This document shows, one piece after another, positions 53,895-64,000 of a stretch of 64,000 bases of DNA. The translations under genes and the position numbers were made by a program. Each line of letters begins with the position of its first letter. Positions within the stretch are counted from its first letter, which is position 1. Source of the stretch: an uncultured Candidatus Rokubacteria bacterium (GTDB taxonomy: Bacteria; Methylomirabilota; Methylomirabilia; Rokubacteriales; CSP1-6); the NCBI GenBank assembly GCA_963721815.1, contig CAVRLO010000021.1, forward strand, positions 96,066 through 160,065. The letters run 5' to 3'. Under the pieces are notes generated by a model that saw nothing but the letters and a program-made list of their open reading frames with translations, made no database searches and had not been told where the DNA came from.

Positions 53895-54733
53895 GACCGT
53901 TTCTCGTCGCGCTCCCCAGCTTTCGCTGCCTCCCACGACCGCTCGAGCTCATCGGGCGCTACCCCGCTGACCGACTTGCCTCGCGCGGCCAGATCGGTTT
54001 CCATGTCCGTGAAGCGCCGCCGAAACTTCTCGATCGTGCCGTGGAGTGCGTCGTCGGCGTCGAGCCCCGAAAGACGCGCAACGTTCACGAGCGAGAAGAG
54101 TGCGTCGCCCAGCTCTTCGCGGATACGCCGGGCGTCGCCCGAGGCCAGCGCCTCGGCGGCCTCCCGGATCTCCTCCTCGACCTTGAGCCACGCCGCGCGC
54201 GCGTCGGGCCAGTCGAAATTCACGCGGGCCGCCTTGCTCTGAACCCGCTGCGCGCGCAGCAGCGAAGGCAGCGCGCGCGGCACGCCGTCGAGAAGCGAAC
54301 GCCGCTGTCCCCGCTCCTCGGCCTCGCGCTGCTTGATGGCTTCCCACTGGACGAGTGCCTCGTTCGCGGTGCCGACCGAGGCATCACTGAAGACGTGCGG
54401 GTGACGCCGCACCATCTTGTCGATGAGGTGCCCGAGTAGATCACTCATGGTGAAGTCGCCACGCTCCTCGGCGAGGCGAGCGTGGAAGACGATCTGGAAC
54501 AACAGATCGCCCAGCTCCTCGCGGACGGCGGGACTGCGGCCGGACTCGATCGCCTCCAGCACTTCGTACGCTTCCTCGATTAGAAACGGCTTGAGCGAGG
54601 TCGGCGTCTGCTCGCGATCCCACGGGCAGCCATCGGGTTCGCGGAGTCGCTGCATGACATCCAGGAGCCGTTGAAAGAGAACACCGGCGGAGTCGGTCAT
54701 GGCCGTTCCTGAGGCTAACCGATTATACAGCAA
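53891..54733 (-). CDS. mazG: Nucleoside triphosphate pyrophosphohydrolase MazG (tandem MazG domains)
   Basis: Intact. Motifs LREPDGCPWDREQT and EEAYEVLEAI. A second domain carries EE.GD. The likely start is 54700 rather than 54733. Confidence 0.85.
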   Translation of the reverse strand: MLYNRLASGTAMTDSAGVLFQRLLDVMQRLREPDGCPWDREQTPTSLKPFLIEEAYEVLEAIESGRSPAVREELGDLLFQIVFHARLAEERGDFTMSDLLGHLIDKMVRRHPHVFSDASVGTANEALVQWEAIKQREAEERGQRRSLLDGVPRALPSLLRAQRVQSKAARVNFDWPDARAAWLKVEEEIREAAEALASGDARRIREELGDALFSLVNVARLSGLDADDALHGTIEKFRRRFTDMETDLAARGKSVSGVAPDELERSWEAAKAGERDEKRS

Positions 54734-54762
54734 GGGTTTTCGCGTGTGCTAGGCTCACCCTG

Positions 54763-55146
54763 ATGGCACCGGGCGAGCCCGAGGACGTTTTCAAGGTCAC
54801 AGACCGGCGCAGACGGCACGACGAGGATGAAGCGCCGGGACCCGCGCCCGCCGACGCCGGGCCATCCCACGTCTTGCCGCACGACCTCGGCCCGGTCGGC
54901 GAGCGAAGCCTCGCCGGCCTCTTTATGATGCTCGCGAGCTCGGCTGTCGTGGCGCTGGGGGACGCGCCAGATCCCCTCACGGGCCAACGCCAGGTCGACC
55001 TGGCTCAAGCCGCGGACGCGATCGATCTCCTGATCCTTCTGCGCGAGAAGACAGAGGGCCACCGCTCACCGGAGGAGCACCGGATCCTCGAGGAGGTGCT
55101 GTACGACCTCCAGCTTCGCTACGTTCGCGCTACGAAGAAGTCTTGA
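54763..55146 (+). CDS. DUF1844-like small acidic protein
   Basis: Intact 127 aa. FKVTDRR ... FMMLASSAVVALGD ... AIDLLILLREKTEGH ... L..L.LRY is a pattern I associate with DUF1844. Confidence 0.5.
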   Translation: MAPGEPEDVFKVTDRRRRHDEDEAPGPAPADAGPSHVLPHDLGPVGERSLAGLFMMLASSAVVALGDAPDPLTGQRQVDLAQAADAIDLLILLREKTEGHRSPEEHRILEEVLYDLQLRYVRATKKS

Positions 55147-55765
55147 TCACGACGGCCCCCGGGTCGATCGTGATGGCCTCGATCGACTCGGGCACTCGCC
55201 ATCGGAGCAGATCCTGGAGCGCAGGACTTGGTAGCAGGGTGAGCAGCATGCCCGGCAGCGGCTGTCGTCCGATCGCGAAGCGCTGAACGTCGAATCGAAG
55301 GTAGCGGCGTTGACCGCGGGTCGTTCCGACTTCCAGGCTTGCCCGCGCGCTGAGGTGGAGCCAGACCGGCCGCTCCAACCAGTCGGCGGGAGTGAGGTCG
55401 GCGAGAGGCGAGGCCGACAGGACATCCCGAAGCTTGAGAAGGCCTTTGAATTCGACGATTCCATCTCCGGCGAGGCGGACGGCTCTGACCGTCACCGGCA
55501 TTCGCGCCACCTCGACGAGATTCTTCGAGAGGAATCGGTTCAGCTCGGCTTCGGTGAGAGTCACCTGACGGGCGCGTCCTCGGGCGGCCCCGGCCCGAGC
55601 CAGGTCGAAGAGCTTTTGCTGGCCCCGAGTGCCGTCTTCCGGCGTGCCGGTCGCGGCCGGCACATCGGGTTCCTGGAGGAGCTTGGAGCCCACCCACAGC
55701 GATGCCGCCCCAACCCCCAGGACCGCGACGATCCCCGCCACGGCCAGCGCACACCCTCCCCGCAT
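55130..55765 (-). CDS. Hypothetical membrane-anchored protein
   Basis: Intact 211-aa ORF with an N-terminal hydrophobic anchor (ALAVAGIVAVLGVGAASLWV). No motif recognised. Its 3' end overlaps the convergent gene by 17 nt. Confidence 0.4.
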   Translation of the reverse strand: MRGGCALAVAGIVAVLGVGAASLWVGSKLLQEPDVPAATGTPEDGTRGQQKLFDLARAGAARGRARQVTLTEAELNRFLSKNLVEVARMPVTVRAVRLAGDGIVEFKGLLKLRDVLSASPLADLTPADWLERPVWLHLSARASLEVGTTRGQRRYLRFDVQRFAIGRQPLPGMLLTLLPSPALQDLLRWRVPESIEAITIDPGAVVIKTSS

Positions 55766-55826
55766 CGGCTCACCCTACCACCCACGAACGTAAGGTGCCG
55801 TCATATCGGGAATTCGGCCCGCTTCC

Positions 55827-55855
55827 TTGACAGTAAAGCACTCAGCTGATATATA
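55827..55855 (+). promoter_or_regulatory. Near-consensus sigma-70 promoter upstream of hsp20
   Basis: TTGACA-N17-TATATA, 66 nt upstream of the ATG at 55921. RBS AGAGGAGGG. Confidence 0.5.
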
Positions 55856-55920
55856 ACTGTCGTACTCAATAGTGGCCGGATCCAAGGAGACGGCTGATTA
55901 GCCAGAGGAGGGCTTTAAAG

Positions 55921-56397
55921 ATGGCGATTGAGCGTTGGCGTCCGTTCGGGTCGATGGAGAGGTGGGATCCATTTCGCAACATGTCCGACATGCAGGGAGA
56001 GGTGAACCGCCTCTTCGATAGCTTCCTTGGGAGGCCGACAACCTCTTCGACCGGATCGGCGACCCGAACCTGGGCGCCGGTTCTCGACGTTCACGAGACC
56101 AAGGATGACTTGGTTCTGAACTTCGAGCTTCCAGGCATCACCGAGAAGGACGTGTCGCTGTCGATCACCGGAGACTTGCTGACGCTGAAGGGTGAGCGTA
56201 CGGCCAACCGAGACTTCAAGGACGAGAACGCGTACCACGTGGAGCGCGTGTACGGGAAGTTCGAGCGCAGCGTGCAGCTGCCAATGCCGGTCCAGGCCGA
56301 CAAAGTCAAGGCGACGTACCGCGACGGAGTGCTCGAAGTGAAGCTCCCGAAGGCGGAAGAGGTCAAGCCCAAGGCGATCAAGATCGACATCATCTAA
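55921..56397 (+). CDS. Small heat-shock protein (Hsp20 / alpha-crystallin family)
   Basis: Intact 158 aa with an alpha-crystallin core ([21 protein letters not shown] ... [11 protein letters not shown] ... [14 protein letters not shown]). Confidence 0.9.
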   Translation: MAIERWRPFGSMERWDPFRNMSDMQGEVNRLFDSFLGRPTTSSTGSATRTWAPVLDVHETKDDLVLNFELPGITEKDVSLSITGDLLTLKGERTANRDFKDENAYHVERVYGKFERSVQLPMPVQADKVKATYRDGVLEVKLPKAEEVKPKAIKIDII

Positions 56398-56488
56398 GTC
56401 GGTCGCGCTGAACGAAGTACGAAGAGACGCGACGGGGCGGGTTCACCCGCTCCGTCGCCATTCAGACCAAGGAGAAGGGGGATTCGAC

Positions 56489-58408
<1,920 letters not shown>

Positions 58409-58414
58409 CGCGGT

Positions 58415-59303
58415 ATGCGTCGCGACTACTACGCGGTTCTAGGCATCGCGGCGACGGCGGCGCCGCGCGAGGTGCGCCGAGCGTATCAGCGCCTCGCGCG
58501 GCAGTATTCGCCCGACGTCAATTTCTGGGACGAGCGGGCCCGCGAGCTCTTCGAGGAGATCGCGGAGGCATTCAGGGTGCTGGGCGACCCGACCGCGCGC
58601 CAGATGTACGACCAGTATGGGCCCGCGACCGGCGCCGACGACTCACTCGAGCGCGGGCCGGCGCGGCGACGACGTCCACGCGGTGGTCGACCTCGCGTTC
58701 GCCGAGGTCGTTCGGGGAGCGAGCGTGCGGCTCGACGTCCAGCGGTTCTCGGCCTGTACGGCGTGCGCGGCGAGCGGCGCCGGCCGGGAGGGCCGATGCT
58801 CGACGTGCCAGGGGCGCGGTGTCCGCCGCGTCGTCGAGTCGGTGGGCGTCACGGTCCCCGCCGGCGTCGATTCCGGCGCGCAGATCCGTGTGGCGGGCGA
58901 AGGCAATGCCGGCCCGTTCGGCGGGCCGCGGGGCGATCTGATCCTCAGCACGCGCGTCGCCGAGCACCCATTCTTCCGCCGTAAAGGGGACAGCGTCCAC
59001 TGCGAGGTCCCGATCAGCGTGTGGGAGGCCTTGCTGGGCGCCCGCATTCGAGTCCCGACTCCGTCCGGGGAGGCGGTGCTGGTGGTCCCGCCGGGGACCA
59101 CGGGCGGGCAGGTGTTCCGGCTGCGCGGTCAGGGGTTGCCCAAGTTGACCGGCGAAGCGACGGGTGACCTCTACGTGACGGCTCGCGTCGAGGTTCCGAC
59201 CGGACTCGACGCGCGGACGCACGAGCTCGTGCGCGAGCTCGCGCGGCTCATGCCCGTCGAAACACGGACCGCGCTGGAGCGCTATCGGGGAGGTGCCGAG
59301 TGA
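58415..59303 (+). CDS. dnaJ: DnaJ/CbpA-like J-domain co-chaperone with SPD in place of HPD and a reduced zinc-finger region; one frame break near 58660
   Basis: DYYAVLGI...AYQRLARQYSPDVN. One CxxC...CxxCxGxG pair is present (CTAC ... CSTCQGRG). C-terminal substrate-binding domains come from ORF 58617..59303. Confidence 0.8.
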
Positions 59304-59689
59304 CGGATCGCGGGAAACCGCTCTACATGATCGGGGTGGTCGCCGACATGCTGAACGTCCACCCGCAGACCTTGCGCTTCTACGAAAAGAAGGGACTCGT
59401 GCGCCCGAGCCGAACCGTCGGTCGCACGCGCATGTACTCCGCCGAGGACGTGGACGAGCTGGCGCGGCTGCTCCGGCTCACGCGCGACCTCGGCGTGAAT
59501 CTCGCCGGCATCGAGGTCATCCTAAAGATGAGACGCCGGATGATCGAGATGCAGAAACAGATCGAGGATCTGGTGACCTACCTCCGAGAGGAGGGCGGCG
59601 AGACGGCGGGGCAGAGCCGGCCGCAGGAGCCGAGAGAGGCTCTGGTCCGCGCGGCATCCGGTCAGCTCAAGCCCGTCGATCTGTTCTAG
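59300..59689 (+). CDS. hspR: MerR-family heat-shock repressor HspR
   Basis: Intact 129 aa. YMIGVVADMLNVHPQTLRFYEKKGLVRPSRTVGRTRMYSAEDV. The GTG overlaps the dnaJ stop (GTGA). Confidence 0.85.
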   Translation: MTDRGKPLYMIGVVADMLNVHPQTLRFYEKKGLVRPSRTVGRTRMYSAEDVDELARLLRLTRDLGVNLAGIEVILKMRRRMIEMQKQIEDLVTYLREEGGETAGQSRPQEPREALVRAASGQLKPVDLF

Positions 59690-59705
59690 GCTCGAAAGGA
59701 GAACC

Positions 59706-62114
<2,409 letters not shown>

Positions 62115-62190
62115 TACCAAGGGCTTGCGACATTCCCGGAAGCGACGTTCTATCTTGATGGGGAAGCGGCGCGTCGGCTACCATAGCCAT

Positions 62191-62874
62191 ATGTCGCGCT
62201 TCAGGGCTCTTCCTGGGCTGGTGACCACGGCTCGCCTCTTCTCGGCGTCGGCCGAGCGCTGAAGTCTTCCGGCTCTCCGAGAAAGATGGGACCGTTCACT
62301 TCACCAACGCGCCCACCGATCCTCGCTACAAGAATCTCGCCGGGTACTCGTCCGGAACATCGCTGCAGGATTGTCTGCGGCATGCCGCGCGCCGACACCG
62401 CGCGCTACGCCGCCGAGATCAAGGAGGCTTCCGACCGATACGGCGTCCCGGAGCGGCTGGTGCAAGCGGTCATTCGGGTCGAATCGGCGTTCAACCCGAA
62501 GCGCGGTGTCCGTGAAGGGCGCGCAGGGTCTGATGCAGCTCATGCCGGAAACGGCGTCGATGCTGGGGGTCCGCAACAGCTTCGACCCTCGAGCAGAACA
62601 TCAACGGCGGGGTGCGGCATCTGCGCGGGCTGATCGAGCGGTTCGGGAATGACGTGCCCCTGGCTCTGGCGGCGTACAATGCGGGCGAGAAAGCCGTCCT
62701 GTCCGTATCGAGGGATCCCGCCGTTCCAGGAGACCCGCGACTACGTGTCGCGCGTGCTCCATCACTACGACGGCAGCACCAACGGGGGGCGGCCCTCCGA
62801 CGGCCGTGTACCGGACCGTCGGCGACGACGGCTCGATCGTCTACACGAACATCCCGCCGCGCGGCCGTCGCTAG
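62191..62874 (+). CDS. Soluble lytic murein transglycosylase (SLT domain) flanked by DUF4124-like segments; at least 4 frame breaks
   Basis: [14 protein letters not shown] ... [13 protein letters not shown] ... [13 protein letters not shown]-terminal [10 protein letters not shown] and C-terminal [15 protein letters not shown] are present. Confidence 0.7.
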
Positions 62875-63589
62875 CTTCCGCTACTGCCGATCGTCGATCG
62901 GCACAGCCGTCCTCGCGAGGTTTCTCCGTATCGCGATCTTCTCCGTCAGGCGCTGACCACGAAGGTCGATCGCGTGGGACGACCACCCACGCCGGGCCAG
63001 CTCTTCCTGCCAGAAAACCCACACGCGTCCTGAATTCCCCGCCACGTGCCGAGCCAGGAGGGTTCTCGCCCGCGCACCAGAAGAGCGTCCGCTCGCAAGC
63101 TCGGCAACCCGCGCATCCAGGACGAGCGGTCGAAGTCGGCATGCTGGATCGAGACCGGGTGGAAGAGCGGAGAGCGGAGAACGCGGTGACCATCGCAACA
63201 TGCGAGCGCGTTGGCCGTGAGCGTGCTCATCGTGCTCAGCCAGGCGGGCGACGTCAGGCCGCCGACCTCTCGCCCGACCAACGACGCGGCGATCCGCGAG
63301 CAGCCCGCGTAGACCCGGTCCCTGCGGCGGGATCCGGCGCCAGCTCGCGGCCTGCCGAGGTCGCGCCTCCGCCAGTCGTGTCTCCAAAGACCTCGGCCGC
63401 GACGCGCCCGACCGAGCCACGCCGTCGACTCAGCGAAAGCGCCGGCAGCCGAAGCGCCCGGAGGGCGGACCGCACCCACGCAGGCGGAGCCCGCGGCGGA
63501 AAGCACAACGCAGAAGGAACGCACGCCGCCGACAGTAGCCCGCCGCGGAGCGGAGCCGCGCCGGGGATCGAGGCTCCGCCTCCACGAAT

Positions 63590-63906
63590 CCGCGGGCCGG
63601 CGGCGGTGGCCACCCTCGATCTGAGCTCGCTCGAGAAGCGACTGCGCGAGACCAAGCGCGATCGGCGTGTTCACCAAGCTCTCGCTGAAGAATCAGGTCG
63701 ACGACCTGATGGAGGAGTTCGCGAGTTCCACCGGTCGCGAGACCAGGCGCATGCTCGGAAAGCTCCGGCAGGCCTACGATCTGCTGCTCCTCAAGGTATT
63801 GTCTCTTCTCCAGGACGACGATCCAGCGCTGGCCCGCGACATTTCGTCGTCGCGCGAAGCGCTGTGGAAGGTCCTGACGGATCCCGACAGGTTCGAGCGT
63901 CTGTGA
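63590..63906 (+). CDS. Hypothetical protein, C-terminal helical part; the 5' boundary is unresolved and there is a frame break near 63660
   Basis: LDLSSLEKRLRETK joins (after a 1-nt shift) to GVFTKLSLKNQVDDLMEEFASSTGRETRRMLGKLRQAYDLLLLKVLSLLQDDDPALARDI. The composition is protein-like, unlike the surrounding GC-artefact ORFs. Confidence 0.3.
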
Positions 63907-63925
63907 TTCTTTTGGAGGAGGAGCG

Positions 63926-64000
63926 ATGAGCACGCGAACCAAGCTCCGGGCTTCGATCGTATCGTCGGCGATTCTCTGCGGCGGCCCCTCGCTGAGCGGC
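63926..64000 (+). CDS. 5' end of a secreted or membrane protein (partial)
   Basis: The ATG at 63926 is preceded by GGAGGAGGAG. MSTRTKLRASIVSSAILCGG is signal-like. Confidence 0.35.
   Translation, partial: MSTRTKLRASIVSSAILCGGPSLSG

Noticed and set aside
55834-55860. CIRCE (HrcA operator) upstream of hsp20, because AAGCACTC resembles the TTAGCACTC half-site
   Set aside because: No GAGTGCTAA partner lies 9 nt downstream and no hrcA gene is in the window. The locus encodes HspR instead.
62649-63929. 426-aa plus-strand ORF as a single large gene
   Set aside because: Its first part is the out-of-frame 3' region of the SLT gene and most of the rest is Arg/Pro/Ala-rich filler. Only the last ~100 codons look protein-like, and only after a frame correction.

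Overview
This is a GC-rich (by eye about two-thirds G+C), almost fully coding bacterial chromosomal segment. I found no rRNA, tRNA, CRISPR array, transposase, integrase or prophage signature. Content from left to right: (1) 1-4.8 kb holds a secreted TPR protein, a small stand-alone paralogue of a subtilase propeptide, and a very large S8 subtilase whose 3' end is five ~336-bp tandem Ig-like repeats. (2) 4.9-23.3 kb is an envelope-glycan / protein-glycosylation type locus. It contains an AsnB-like amidotransferase, a membrane-anchored GtrB/ArnC-like GT2, a SAM methyltransferase, five polytopic GT-C-like membrane proteins (three are paralogues, two of them tandem), and a GT2 fused to a eukaryotic-type UDP-galactopyranose mutase. 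These are interleaved with a peroxiredoxin plus GAF-PAS histidine kinase pair, a MOSC / FAD-oxidoreductase reading frame and a MaoC dehydratase. (3) 23.3-28.3 kb is livJHMGF. (4) 28.4-34.5 kb holds a 5'-truncated thiE remnant, accC, a TPR / peptidase-MA gene, accB, efp, a TPR gene and aroB. (5) 34.6-53.3 kb is a type IV pilus supercluster: pilMNOPQ; a PilX-like, PilV-like and FimT-like set; pilD; a TMTC-like TPR GT-C gene; two tandem near-identical pilA genes each with its own sigma-54 promoter and terminator; and pilR, pilS, pilC, pilT, pilB. (6) 53.4-55.8 kb holds a macro-domain gene, mazG, a DUF1844-like gene and a hypothetical gene. (7) 55.8-62.1 kb is a heat-shock array hsp20-dnaK-dnaJ-like-hspR-lon. 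(8) 62.2-64 kb holds an SLT lytic transglycosylase and poorly resolved ORFs. Major caveat: roughly two thirds of the genes are interrupted by 1-nt frame breaks. The junctions I could examine are lost or gained bases in short homopolymers, so I read them as probable sequencing or assembly errors. I therefore annotate whole genes across the breaks, and those coordinates span several ORF-track fragments. The candidates I consider most worth following up are these: the TMTC-like glycosyltransferase embedded in the pilin / prepilin-peptidase operon, together with the remote polyprenyl-phosphate GT2 and GT-C family; the GT2-UGM fusion; the duplicated pilin with a conserved upstream motif at identical spacing; and the J-protein with SPD in place of HPD in an hspR operon that lacks grpE.
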